Shown one piece after another: positions 1 through 8,624 of a stretch of 64,000 nucleotides of DNA. How positions within the stretch are numbered: the first letter of the stretch is position 1; the number at the start of each line of letters is the position of its first letter. Origin of the DNA: Oscillospiraceae bacterium (lineage in GTDB: Bacteria > Bacillota > Clostridia > Oscillospirales > Oscillospiraceae). The DNA lies in assembly GCA_017458085.1 (NCBI GenBank), contig JAFTGE010000012.1, positions 176-64,175 of the forward strand. Direction: 5' to 3'. Both the position numbers and the translations under genes were made by a program. The notes under the pieces are model-generated. The model was not told the DNA's origin. It saw only the letters and a program-made list of their open reading frames with translations, and made no database searches.

Positions 1-37
1 GCGAGAGCGGCGTCCTTTTCCTGTTCATCATTTATTC

Positions 38-66
38 TTGTATCTTCCGACAGGAAATGATACAAT
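38..66 (+). promoter_or_regulatory. putative sigma-A type promoter of rpiB
   Basis: TTGTAT (38-43), 17-nt spacer, TACAAT (61-66) with an extended -10 TG (aTGaTACAAT); 35 nt upstream of the rpiB ATG. Confidence 0.4.
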
Positions 67-100
67 ATAGAATCAGAAGCTTGAAACGGAGGAAACGAAC

Positions 101-529
101 ATGATAGCAATCGGCAGCGACCACGGCGGCTTCCAGCTCAAACAGGCGATCATGGCCCACCTCAAAGAGAGAGGGCTTTCCTATAAAGACTTTGGCACCT
201 ATACGCCCGACTCCTGCGACTATCCCGTCTACGGCAAGGCGGTGGCAAAGGCCGTCGCCGCCGGGGAATGTGAGCGCGGCATCCTCATCTGCGGCACCGG
301 CATCGGCATCTCCATCACTGCCAACAAGGTGCCCGGCATCCGTGCCGCCCTCTGCACCGACTGCTTTACCGCCGAGGCGACCCGCCTGCATAACGACGCG
401 AACATCCTCGCCCTGGGCGGCCGCGTGGTGGGGGAGGGCCTGGCCCTCAAAATCGTGGACACCTTTCTTGACACCCCCTTTTCCAACGATGAGCGGCATA
501 TCCGCCGCATTTCCATGATGGAGGATTGA
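101..529 (+). CDS. rpiB: ribose-5-phosphate isomerase B (RpiB/LacAB family)
   Basis: 142-aa ORF with MIAIGSDHGGFxLK N-terminus and CGTGIGISITANK motif typical of RpiB; GGAGG SD 8 nt upstream of ATG. Confidence 0.9.
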   Translation: MIAIGSDHGGFQLKQAIMAHLKERGLSYKDFGTYTPDSCDYPVYGKAVAKAVAAGECERGILICGTGIGISITANKVPGIRAALCTDCFTAEATRLHNDANILALGGRVVGEGLALKIVDTFLDTPFSNDERHIRRISMMED

Positions 530-533
530 GTCC

Positions 534-1661
534 TTGGCACGTGTACAGGAATTTTATAAGGGCAAGCGCAAACGCCGCAACTATGCCTTCCTCCCGTTCC
601 TGATCCTGCTGGGGCTGCTGGCGGTGGTGCTGGTGCTGTTCTACGGCATGCAGAAATACGCCGTCATCTCCAAGGACGGCGTCACCGTGGAGATGCCCAT
701 TTTAAGCGACGGCGGCAATGTCACCGTCGACGCCCAGGGCCACACGGTGCGCAGCTTTGACCCCGTCAGCGTCCCGGTGCAGTTTGAAGCGCCGGATTAC
801 AGCTATGTCAAACCTGCCGACGGCACGAACCTGCCCCAGGTGCGGGCCATCTTCATCCCGTCGGAGAACATCAACGCCAACAAGATCATTGAATACGCGG
901 CGCGTCTGGTGGCGGGCAACGCCCTGGTGCTGGAAATGAAGCCGCGCTCCGGTATCTGCCTGTGGGACACCCATACCCAGATGGCGGAGAAGTACAGCCT
1001 GAATATGCCCACGGACATTACCGCCTCCATTCCGGAGATCATCAGCCAGCTCAAGGAGAAGGATATCTATCTGGTGGCACAGATCAGCTGCTGCATCGAC
1101 GAGCTGCTGCCCACGCGTACGACGGCCTACTGCATCCACACGGAGCTGGGCCTGAACTATACCGACGGCCTCGGCACCTGGCTGGACGCCTACAACCTGG
1201 AGCTGCGCACCTGGATCGCGGAAATGGCGCAGGAGCTGTATGACCTCGGTTTTGACGAGGTGGTGCTGGCCGATGTGGCCCATCCGTCCCTGGCCGAGGC
1301 GATCCCGCTGGTCTATACGCGGGACATCTCCACCTCCCGCAGCACCGCCGCCGCGGTCTGCGGGCTGGCTGCCGGCGTTGCCAATGAGCTGCGCAACCGG
1401 GATAAGGTGCTGAGCATCTACTGCAACACCCGTGAGGCCCTGGTGCGGGATGACCTGACCACCGGGCAGAACGCGGTTTTGTTCATGAAGCTCTATGACC
1501 GGGTGTACCTCTCCACGGACAAGTTCACCTATTCCTATAACGTGGAGGATATTCAGAATAACGTCCTTTCCGGCTCGGTCTATGACCGGCTGGTGCCCGT
1601 GGTCATCAACTATATCCCCGACAACACCAGCTGGGTGCTGGTGGACGGCCCGGAGGAATAA
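534..1661 (+). CDS. membrane-anchored hypothetical protein, possibly a degenerate DUF4015-like TIM-barrel (glycoside-hydrolase-like) fold
   Basis: 375-aa ORF, TTG start 9 nt after GGAGGA; basic N-terminus then one TM helix (FLPFLILLGLLAVVLVLFY); ...LGFDEVVLADVAHP... resembles the GFDEIQxDYIRFP segment of DUF4015 proteins (recollection, not searched). Confidence 0.6.
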   Translation: MARVQEFYKGKRKRRNYAFLPFLILLGLLAVVLVLFYGMQKYAVISKDGVTVEMPILSDGGNVTVDAQGHTVRSFDPVSVPVQFEAPDYSYVKPADGTNLPQVRAIFIPSENINANKIIEYAARLVAGNALVLEMKPRSGICLWDTHTQMAEKYSLNMPTDITASIPEIISQLKEKDIYLVAQISCCIDELLPTRTTAYCIHTELGLNYTDGLGTWLDAYNLELRTWIAEMAQELYDLGFDEVVLADVAHPSLAEAIPLVYTRDISTSRSTAAAVCGLAAGVANELRNRDKVLSIYCNTREALVRDDLTTGQNAVLFMKLYDRVYLSTDKFTYSYNVEDIQNNVLSGSVYDRLVPVVINYIPDNTSWVLVDGPEE

Positions 1662-1696
1662 AAAATCCAAGGCGTTTCCGCCTTGGATTTCCCTTT
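1659..1696. terminator. bidirectional intrinsic terminator
   Basis: 12-bp perfect stem AAATCCAAGGCG (1663-1674) / CGCCTTGGATTT (1679-1690), loop TTTC, A-run on the 5' side and T-rich on the 3' side; sits between convergent ORFs. Confidence 0.8.
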
Positions 1697-1699
1697 CGA

Positions 1700-1783
1700 T
1701 CACATACCGGTCAGCATACAGATCACACCGATCAGCATGCCGACAACAAGTAAGGCCGACGGATTATAACGAAGATCTTCCAT
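1700..1783 (-). CDS. 27-codon hydrophobic micro-ORF (MEDLRYNPSALLVVGMLIGVICMLTGM), not in the ORF track
   Basis: ATG at 1783 preceded by AAGGAGAG with 7-nt spacing; one predicted TM helix; stop TGA at 1700-1702, followed by the 1663-1690 terminator. Confidence 0.35.
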   Translation of the reverse strand: MEDLRYNPSALLVVGMLIGVICMLTGM

Positions 1784-1881
1784 TGTATGCTCTCCTTTTC
1801 GTTTTATGTTGGATGGTTTTCAGACGCGTCAAAACGGAAAAGGTTCCCGGAGCCGGAAGATTTTTCTTGAGGAGGAAGCTT

Positions 1882-3222
1882 GTGAAGAGAACAGGCAAGG
1901 AGCTGCCGATCATTCTGGCGGCGCTGGCGGTGCTTGCCGCGCTGGGCTACGGCGGTGCGCGCTGGCATCAAAATAAGGTTTGGGAAGAAAACCTCGCCGC
2001 GGCGCAAAGCTGCTATGAGGCGGGGGACTACGCCGCGGCAAAGGAATGGTTCCAAAAAAATGGCATGACCGACGAGATGGCCGACTGTGACGCACAGCTT
2101 GCGCGCCTGCAAAAGGAAGCGGATTACGCGTCGGCGGAGCGGCTGCTGGCGGAGGGCAAGTACCTGGACGCCAGGGACGCCTTCCTCACCCTGGGGGAGA
2201 CACAGCGGGCGCAGGACTGCGACTATGCCCGGGCGCTTTCCATGCTGGAGGCGGAGCGTTATGACGAGGCGATCGCGCTGCTGGAGGCGCTGGGGGACTA
2301 CCCCGGCGCTGCGGATACCATTACGCGGATGAAGGACGCCCTCTACGATAAGGCGCTGGAGGCCACCTATGCCTGCCGTATGGACGAGGCCATTGCCCTC
2401 TGGAATCAACTGGGCGACTACCGCGATGCCGTGACGCTGTGCCGCCGCTGCAACGAGCGCATTGTCACCATGGCGCAGGGAAATGTCGAACCGGTCAGAT
2501 ATCCCGGGTACACGGGCATGGACATTGGGAGCGGCACGCTCTATTGGCACCGCGTTGGCGAGGTCTATGTGCCCAAGGAGGTCGGACCGGAAACGCGCTG
2601 CATGATCTTCTTCCCCGGCGGCTATGACGAATCGCTGCCCAATAACTATATGACCGAGTACATATATTCCGACTCGCCTCCCAACGCGATCATGCTCTTC
2701 TGCTATGCCAACGGCCTGTATCACATGCCGGATAAGATCGAGGACGCCTACCGCGTGCTGGAGGAGGCAGCGCTGGAGAACGATGTCTTTATCCACGATC
2801 TGGTCCTGTGCGGGGCCAGCAACGGCGCTTACACCGCCTGCATGACGGCGGCGCAGCTGTATGAGGATCACGGTGTCTGCGCCAGCTATGTCCTGACCTT
2901 TGACGCCGGGATGCACTGGCAGATCGAGAGCCAGAATCTTTCCCCCGAACAGTGCGACAGCGCTGCCGCGGCCGGAACCGCTTTCCTGCTGCTCGAGGGC
3001 GGGGGCGTCGGCATGAATGTGCGCGCCATTGAGCTGATGGTTGCCCACGGCGTTGACGTCACCGTTGTCGAGTGCGCAGCCGCCGGACACTACGGCATCA
3101 TCTACGACGCCATGGCCTACGGCATGATCGACTGGACCCTGGGCCAGGGCGACCGCCCGGAAAACAGCAACTACACCTACTATAAGCTCGATCGCAATTC
3201 CACCTATCCCTGGACAAAATGA
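1882..3222 (+). CDS. membrane-anchored protein with helical (TPR-like GDY) repeats and a C-terminal alpha/beta-hydrolase-like domain
   Basis: Track ORF 1495-3222; I prefer GTG 1882 (GAGGAGGAA SD 4-5 nt upstream, then TM helix LPIILAALAVLAALGY). Repeated A..GDY..A motifs; C-terminal GASNG fits a G-x-S-x-G nucleophile elbow. Confidence 0.6.
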   Translation: MKRTGKELPIILAALAVLAALGYGGARWHQNKVWEENLAAAQSCYEAGDYAAAKEWFQKNGMTDEMADCDAQLARLQKEADYASAERLLAEGKYLDARDAFLTLGETQRAQDCDYARALSMLEAERYDEAIALLEALGDYPGAADTITRMKDALYDKALEATYACRMDEAIALWNQLGDYRDAVTLCRRCNERIVTMAQGNVEPVRYPGYTGMDIGSGTLYWHRVGEVYVPKEVGPETRCMIFFPGGYDESLPNNYMTEYIYSDSPPNAIMLFCYANGLYHMPDKIEDAYRVLEEAALENDVFIHDLVLCGASNGAYTACMTAAQLYEDHGVCASYVLTFDAGMHWQIESQNLSPEQCDSAAAAGTAFLLLEGGGVGMNVRAIELMVAHGVDVTVVECAAAGHYGIIYDAMAYGMIDWTLGQGDRPENSNYTYYKLDRNSTYPWTK

Positions 3223-3225
3223 AAA

Positions 3226-3278
3226 CAGGGGCTGTGAAGAAAAGGCGAGATTTATCTCACTTATCTTCACAGCCCCTG
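3226..3278. terminator. long palindromic terminator-like element, GGGGCTGTGAAG stem family (copy 1)
   Basis: 15-bp perfect arms CAGGGGCTGTGAAGA (3226-3240) / TCTTCACAGCCCCTG (3264-3278), 23-nt loop with an inner GAGA-ttta-TCTC hairpin; between convergent genes. Confidence 0.7.
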
Positions 3279-3291
3279 GTTGGTTTCAGGC

Positions 3292-4074
3292 TCAATATCG
3301 CGGGCAGACGCTGTCGGCCAGCTCCATCACAAGCGCGCGGGCAGCCCGCTCCCGCTCCTCCATGGTCAGCTCCGGCTCAGCCTCAAGCTCTTCTTCCTCC
3401 ACGACTTCGGCCTCCACCGTCTTGCGGTGGTGGCGGCGCACAAAGAAGGCCACGGGAATCCCGGTGCAAAGCAGCGAACCGATGAGCTTGACCACATTCG
3501 ACACGCGGTCATAGCCCTCCCAGAAGAAGGGGAGCAGGCAGTCAAGCAGGCCAAAGCCCAGGCAGCCGAGCACAACGGCAAGGATGCTGCGCCTGTTCAA
3601 AATCTTTTTCAGCGGCATGTCGGGAAACACCGTCTTCGCCGCCAGCGTAAAGACCAGCAGCGCAATCAGCGCGATGGCAAGCCAGCCCAATACCGTCGAC
3701 GCCACCGGGGACAGCACCGCCGACCAGAGGGAGGACGCAAGCGCGATCAGCACCGTGCCGATGGCCCACAAGGGCACCGCCACCACCGCGCGCACACCCA
3801 CCGGGGCAGACTTCACCAGCCGCCGCACCGCGGGTTTTATCCCGCGGCGGCTCTCGTCGCCCTGCTCCTCGCCGCCATCATCGGCTCCGGCGCCGCCGTC
3901 GTCGTCGACCTGGGCCGCGCCCAGGTCCAGGGTCTGCACCAAGGCGTCCGGCCCATCATGTAAAATGTCGTCAGGCGAGGAAAACGCGCCGCCGACCAGC
4001 ACGCCTGCCGCCGCGACCGCAGCAACAGCCGTGGCCGCCGCCTTGCCGTTGATGGTCTTCTTTTTTTCTGCCAT
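3292..4074 (-). CDS. hypothetical multi-pass membrane protein with an acidic low-complexity N-terminal region
   Basis: Track ORF 3292-4149; ATG 4074 (MAEKKKTING...) follows GAGAAGGA; Asp/Gly/Glu-rich stretch, then 4-5 hydrophobic helices and an acidic tail. Confidence 0.6.
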   Translation of the reverse strand: MAEKKKTINGKAAATAVAAVAAAGVLVGGAFSSPDDILHDGPDALVQTLDLGAAQVDDDGGAGADDGGEEQGDESRRGIKPAVRRLVKSAPVGVRAVVAVPLWAIGTVLIALASSLWSAVLSPVASTVLGWLAIALIALLVFTLAAKTVFPDMPLKKILNRRSILAVVLGCLGFGLLDCLLPFFWEGYDRVSNVVKLIGSLLCTGIPVAFFVRRHHRKTVEAEVVEEEELEAEPELTMEERERAARALVMELADSVCPRY

Positions 4075-4187
4075 AGGCTCACCGTCCTTCTCTCGGGTTT
4101 GTCCATAAATAAGACGAAACTGCAAAAACAATTGTTCCCCTAACATCAATGCCGGGTCTTTCGATCCGGCATTGCGTGGGTTTTGGA

Positions 4188-4430
4188 TTATTTATCCAGA
4201 TAGCACCTGAGCAGCTCCTGCATCAGCTCATCCCGGTCAATGCGGCAGATCAGCGTGCGGGCGTTGTTGTAGTTGGTGATGTAGGTCGGGTCCTCCGAGA
4301 GAATATAGCCCACGATCTGGTTAATGGGGTTATAGCCCTTTACCATCAGCGAGTTATAGACAGAGGAAAGGATCTCACGCATCTCCGCCTTGCTGTCCAG
4401 TGCGGCAAACTTTCTGGTCGCGTCTTCCAC
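4188..4430 (-). CDS. ireB: IreB family regulatory phosphoprotein (UPF0297)
   Basis: 80 aa; KGYNPINQIVGYILSEDPTYI...ARTLI..IDRDELMQELLRCYL closely matches my recollection of B. subtilis YrzL / enterococcal IreB; GTG start 7 nt after AAGGAGGG. Confidence 0.85.
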   Translation of the reverse strand: MEDATRKFAALDSKAEMREILSSVYNSLMVKGYNPINQIVGYILSEDPTYITNYNNARTLICRIDRDELMQELLRCYLDK

Positions 4431-4464
4431 GGCTTCACCCTCCTTTTCTCGATTTAATACCTAT

Positions 4465-4492
4465 ATTATAGCAGAAATCGATGTCAAGTAAA
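4465..4492 (-). promoter_or_regulatory. putative promoter of ireB
   Basis: Minus-strand TTTACT (4492-4487), 16-nt spacer, TGc-TATAAT (perfect -10 at 4470-4465). Confidence 0.5.
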
Positions 4493-4534
4493 GGGACAAT
4501 CCGCTGGAAATTGTTTAAGAAAGCTTAAATTTTT

Positions 4535-7228
4535 TCAACGCATGACCGCGTCGAAGCGTTCCTTGAGCGCCTGCAGCACCGCCGCCATCGTCTCCTCGGC
4601 GTGCTCGTCGGTGAGCGTCTGCTCGTCCGAACGCATGGTCAGCGAGAAGGCCACGGACTTCTTGCCCTCGGCGATGTGATGGCCGGTGTAGACGTCAAAG
4701 AGCGTGCAGTCCTTCAGGTACTTGCCGCCGCTGGAGAGAATGCAGTCGGCCAGCTCGCCCACGGGGATGGCCGCGTCGCAGACGACGGCCAGATCACGGG
4801 TAACGGACGGGAAGCGCGGCAGCGGCTGGTAAACCGGCAGGCCGCCGCGGACGGCAAACAGCGCGTCAAAGCTCAGCTCCGCGCAGTAAAGCTCCGCGTC
4901 CACGCCGTAGTTTTCGGCCACGGTCGGGTGGATCTGGCCGAGCACGCCCAGTTCCTTTTCGCCGGAGAAGACGCGGGCGCAGCGTCCGGGATGGTAAGAG
5001 GCATTGTCCCGCTCGGCGGCAAAGCGCACATCCTTCACGCCCAGATCGCGCAGCAGGCACTCCACCCAGCCCTTGAGCGTGAAGAAGCTCAGCTTCGGGC
5101 CATAGGCGCCCAGGGAGACGATGCGCGGCTCATCGGCCATGCCGTCGGGACGCTTGAGGTAGATGCGGCCGATCTCGTAGAGGGCGGCGGACTTGTTGCG
5201 GTAGTTGTAGTTGCGGGTCAAAATCTCCAGCATGGAGGGCAGGATGGTGGTGCGCATGATGGAGGTATCCTCGCCCAGGGGGTTGAGGATGCGCAGGCTG
5301 TCACGCAGCGGGGAATCGACCGGCATGCGGATCTTGTCGTAGTAGCTGGGGCTGATGAAGGAGTAGGTGATGATCTCATCCAGGCCCATGCTGCGGCAGC
5401 ACTGACCGATCTGGCGCTCAAACTGCTGGGTTTCGGTGTAGCCGCCGGCGGTGGTAATGCCGCCGGAGAACTTGGTGGGGATCTCGTTATAGCCGTAGAA
5501 GCGGGCAACCTCCTCGGCGATATCGGAATAGTGCACCACGTCGGCACGCCAGGAGGGAACATAGATCGTATCGCCCTCCAGCGTAAAGCCCAGGCGCACC
5601 AGAATATCCCGCATGGTGTCCTCGTCAATGTCGGTGCCGAGCAGGGCGTTGATCTTCTCCGGCTCAAGCTTGAGGGTGGTCTGCTTGAGCGCGGTGGGCA
5701 CCACGTCGATGACGCCCTCGACCACCTCGCCGGCGCCGAGCAGCTCGATCAGCTCGCAGGCGCGCTGGATGGCCTTGTAGGTGTTCTGGGGGTCGAGGCC
5801 CTTTTCATAGCGGGAGGAGGCGTCGGTGCGCATGCCCAAGGCGGTGGCGGTGCGGCGGATGGAGGCGCCGTCGAAGTTGGCGCTTTCAAAGAGCACCATG
5901 GCCGTGTCGCCGACGATCTCGCTGTTGGCGCCGCCCATGACGCCGGCCACGCCCACGGGCTTGTCGGTATCGCAGATGCAGAGCATGTTGGTGCTCAGCT
6001 TGCGCTCGTTGCCGTCCAGGGTCTGGATGGTCTCGCCCTCCTTGGCGCAGCGGACATGGATCTCCTGATTGTTGACGCAGGCAAAGTCAAAGGCGTGCAT
6101 GGGCTGGCCGTACTCGATCATGACGTAGTTGGTGATATCGACCACGTTGTTGATCGGGCGCATGCCTGCGTTGCGGATACGCTCGCGCATCCAGGCGGGA
6201 GACGGGGCGATTTTGACGTTCTTGACCATGCGCGCGGTGTAGCGCAGGCAAAGCTCCGGCTCCTCGACAATGACCTTGGCCAGGTCGTTGATGTCGCCGC
6301 CGGCGGTGGCCTTGACCACAGGCTCATGGAGCTTGAGCTCCTTACAGAAGGTGACGGCGGTCTCGCGGGCCAGGCCGATCATGCACAGGCAGTCGGGACG
6401 GTTCGGGGTGATCTCAAACTCGACCACATGGTCGTCCAGTCCCAGCATCACGGCCACATCGTCGCCGGGCTTGCAGTCCTCATGCAGGACGAGGATGCCG
6501 TCGGCAATGCAGTGGGGAAACTCCTCCTGCTTTGCCCGCAGGTCGTCCAGGGAGCAGATGTGATTCTTTGCCGTGTCGTAGGCGACCAGATCGCCCACAT
6601 GGACATTCTGGCAGTCACAGAGAGCCACAGCCTCGTCCTTACCGGTGGAGACCGTCACGTTCCAGAGGTTGATGTCAGCCGCTTCCACGGCCTTGACCGC
6701 GGCGGCCACGACCTTGCCGAAAATCTTATCCCCAGCCTGAATGTCGGCGGCGATGGAGGGCTTTTCGGGGTCGATGGGGTGATAGTCGCCCAGGATGGCC
6801 GCGGGCTTGATGACGCCGTAGGCAAAGTCGTGCGTGGTGCAGTCGAGCTCCTTGAGGGAGCAGAGCATGCCCTCGGACGCCACGCCGCGCAGCTTGCCCT
6901 TGGTGATCTTCACGCCGCCGGGCAGCAGCGCATTGTGCAGGGCCACGGGGACGAGATCGCCCACATGGACGTTCCAGGCGCCGGTGCAGATCTGGACAGG
7001 GCTTTCCAGCCCCACGTCGAGCTGTGCTACCAGCATATGATCGGAGTTGGGGTGCTTATCCAGGGCGGTGATGAGGCCGACCTTGACGTTCTTCATCTTG
7101 ACGCTCAGGTCCTCGGTCACCTCGACCTTGGAGCCGGAGACGCTCATGGCCTCGGCAAAGTCGCGGTCATTGACCTCGTCCAGACTGAGGTCGACAAACT
7201 CATTGAGCCATTTTCTCGATAAATTCAT
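4535..7228 (-). CDS. pheT: phenylalanine--tRNA ligase beta subunit, with a ~110-aa internal insertion
   Basis: 897 aa; N-terminal MNLSRKWLNEFV..., tRNA-binding OB domain, B3/4, B5 and FDX-ACB-like C-terminus in canonical order; directly downstream of pheS. Confidence 0.95.
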   Translation of the reverse strand: MNLSRKWLNEFVDLSLDEVNDRDFAEAMSVSGSKVEVTEDLSVKMKNVKVGLITALDKHPNSDHMLVAQLDVGLESPVQICTGAWNVHVGDLVPVALHNALLPGGVKITKGKLRGVASEGMLCSLKELDCTTHDFAYGVIKPAAILGDYHPIDPEKPSIAADIQAGDKIFGKVVAAAVKAVEAADINLWNVTVSTGKDEAVALCDCQNVHVGDLVAYDTAKNHICSLDDLRAKQEEFPHCIADGILVLHEDCKPGDDVAVMLGLDDHVVEFEITPNRPDCLCMIGLARETAVTFCKELKLHEPVVKATAGGDINDLAKVIVEEPELCLRYTARMVKNVKIAPSPAWMRERIRNAGMRPINNVVDITNYVMIEYGQPMHAFDFACVNNQEIHVRCAKEGETIQTLDGNERKLSTNMLCICDTDKPVGVAGVMGGANSEIVGDTAMVLFESANFDGASIRRTATALGMRTDASSRYEKGLDPQNTYKAIQRACELIELLGAGEVVEGVIDVVPTALKQTTLKLEPEKINALLGTDIDEDTMRDILVRLGFTLEGDTIYVPSWRADVVHYSDIAEEVARFYGYNEIPTKFSGGITTAGGYTETQQFERQIGQCCRSMGLDEIITYSFISPSYYDKIRMPVDSPLRDSLRILNPLGEDTSIMRTTILPSMLEILTRNYNYRNKSAALYEIGRIYLKRPDGMADEPRIVSLGAYGPKLSFFTLKGWVECLLRDLGVKDVRFAAERDNASYHPGRCARVFSGEKELGVLGQIHPTVAENYGVDAELYCAELSFDALFAVRGGLPVYQPLPRFPSVTRDLAVVCDAAIPVGELADCILSSGGKYLKDCTLFDVYTGHHIAEGKKSVAFSLTMRSDEQTLTDEHAEETMAAVLQALKERFDAVMR

Positions 7229-7243
7229 CTGCTTCTCCCCCTT

Positions 7244-8269
7244 TTAAAACTGCTCCAGGAACCGGACGTCGTTTTCAAAAATCAAACGCAGATCCGTGAT
7301 CTTATACTCGCCCATAGCCAGGCGCTCCAGCCCCATGCCGAAGGCCCAGCCGGAGTACTCGTCCGGGTCGATGCCGCAGCCGGAGAGCACCTTGGGGTGC
7401 ACCATGCCGGCGCCCAGCACCTCGATCCAGCCCTCGCCCTTGCAGGTGGGGCAGCCCTTGCCGCCGCACTTGTGGCACTGGATGTCCAGCTCACAGCTCG
7501 GCTCGGTGAAGGGGAAGTGGTGCGGCCGGAAGCGGGTGACGGTGCCCTTGCCGTAAATTTTCTCCACAACCAGATTCAGCGTGGCCTTGAGGTCGGCCAT
7601 GGTCACGCCCTTGTCAATGACCATGCCTTCGATCTGGTGGAACATCGGGGAATGGGTGGCGTCGACCTCATCCTTGCGGTAGACGCGGCCCGGCGCGATC
7701 ATGCGGATGGGGAGGGTCTTGGTCTCCATGGCGTGCACCTGCATCGGGGAGGTCTGGGTGCGCAGGAGGATCTTGCCGTCCTCGGTGAAATAGAAGGTAT
7801 CCGTCCAGTCGCGGGAGGGATGGCTGTCCTCAATGTTGAGCTTGGTAAAGTTATATTCGGCCAGCTCCACCTCGGGGCCTTCGACGATCTCAAAGCCCAT
7901 GCCGATGAAGATATCCTTGATCTGGTCGAGAACGTTATACATGGGGTGCTTGTGACCCAGGCGAACCTCCTCCCCGGGGAGGGTGACATCCACGGCCTCG
8001 CGCTCCAGCTTCATCTCCATCATCTTCGACGTCAGCTCCGCGCGGCGCTCATCGATGGCCTGTTCGATCTCACTGCGCAGTTGGTTTGCCAGCTGGCCCA
8101 TGGCGGGGCGCTCCTCAGCCGAGAGAGAGCCCATCTGCCGCAGAATGCCCGTCAGCTCGCCCTTCTTGCCCAGGTACTTGACGCGCAGGGCTTCCAGCAG
8201 CTCCGCGCTGTCACACTCGACAATGGCCTTGATGGACGATTCCCGAAGGTCTTTCATTCGTTCTTTCAT
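7244..8269 (-). CDS. pheS: phenylalanine--tRNA ligase alpha subunit
   Basis: 341 aa; class II motifs (...FRPHHFPFTEPS..., GxGLERLAM); AGGAGAAG SD. Confidence 0.95.
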   Translation of the reverse strand: MKERMKDLRESSIKAIVECDSAELLEALRVKYLGKKGELTGILRQMGSLSAEERPAMGQLANQLRSEIEQAIDERRAELTSKMMEMKLEREAVDVTLPGEEVRLGHKHPMYNVLDQIKDIFIGMGFEIVEGPEVELAEYNFTKLNIEDSHPSRDWTDTFYFTEDGKILLRTQTSPMQVHAMETKTLPIRMIAPGRVYRKDEVDATHSPMFHQIEGMVIDKGVTMADLKATLNLVVEKIYGKGTVTRFRPHHFPFTEPSCELDIQCHKCGGKGCPTCKGEGWIEVLGAGMVHPKVLSGCGIDPDEYSGWAFGMGLERLAMGEYKITDLRLIFENDVRFLEQF

Positions 8270-8283
8270 TGTCCCACTTCTCC

Positions 8284-8515
8284 TGTAAAAAAATAAAAGC
8301 TTTCATCCCCATTTGGGACGAAAGCAAAACTTCCGCGGTACCACCCACGTTCGGCCCCTGGGGGCCGCGCTCATGGTGCTTAACGCGCACCGCACGCCGG
8401 TGATTGGCCGGAGCTCCCGGGCGAACCAAGCGCCTGTCTTTCCCAAGGGCTTTCAGCCGCCGACCCCCGGTCTCTGATAAAAACAGCCTGCGCTATTTTC
8501 CCGTTCATTGCAATA
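8284..8515 (-). promoter_or_regulatory. T-box riboswitch leader (Phe specifier) with terminator, controlling pheST
   Basis: Minus-strand T-box sequence AACGTGGGTGGTACCGCG (8334-8351). It is followed by an 11-bp terminator stem GCTTTCGTCCC/GGGGATGAAAGC and a TTTTATTTTTTT run (8287-8325). An AGAGA box and a candidate UUC specifier (ggTTCg) lie in stem I. Confidence 0.85.
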
Positions 8516-8524
8516 CCAAATGAA

Positions 8525-8553
8525 AACTTATCACATTCGGGCATATTTTGCAA
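8525..8553 (-). promoter_or_regulatory. putative promoter of the pheST T-box leader
   Basis: Minus-strand TTGCAA (8553-8548), 17-nt spacer, TAAGTT (8530-8525). Confidence 0.45.
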
Positions 8554-8624
8554 GAGGAAATTGCGCATTTCGTTTCAGCCTCGCGGCATAGAGTGTAGCA
8601 AACCATGCTTATACGGAGGTATCC

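Noticed and set aside
4601-7222. Very long antisense ORFs (4601-7222 +, 22744-24963 +, 28975-30741 -, 33853-35499 -, 36358-37779 -, 18584-20593 + and many others)
   Set aside because: They mirror well-identified genes on the opposite strand. They translate to Gly/Ala/Arg/His-rich low-complexity sequence typical of stop-poor antisense frames in GC-rich DNA, and they lack SD sites.
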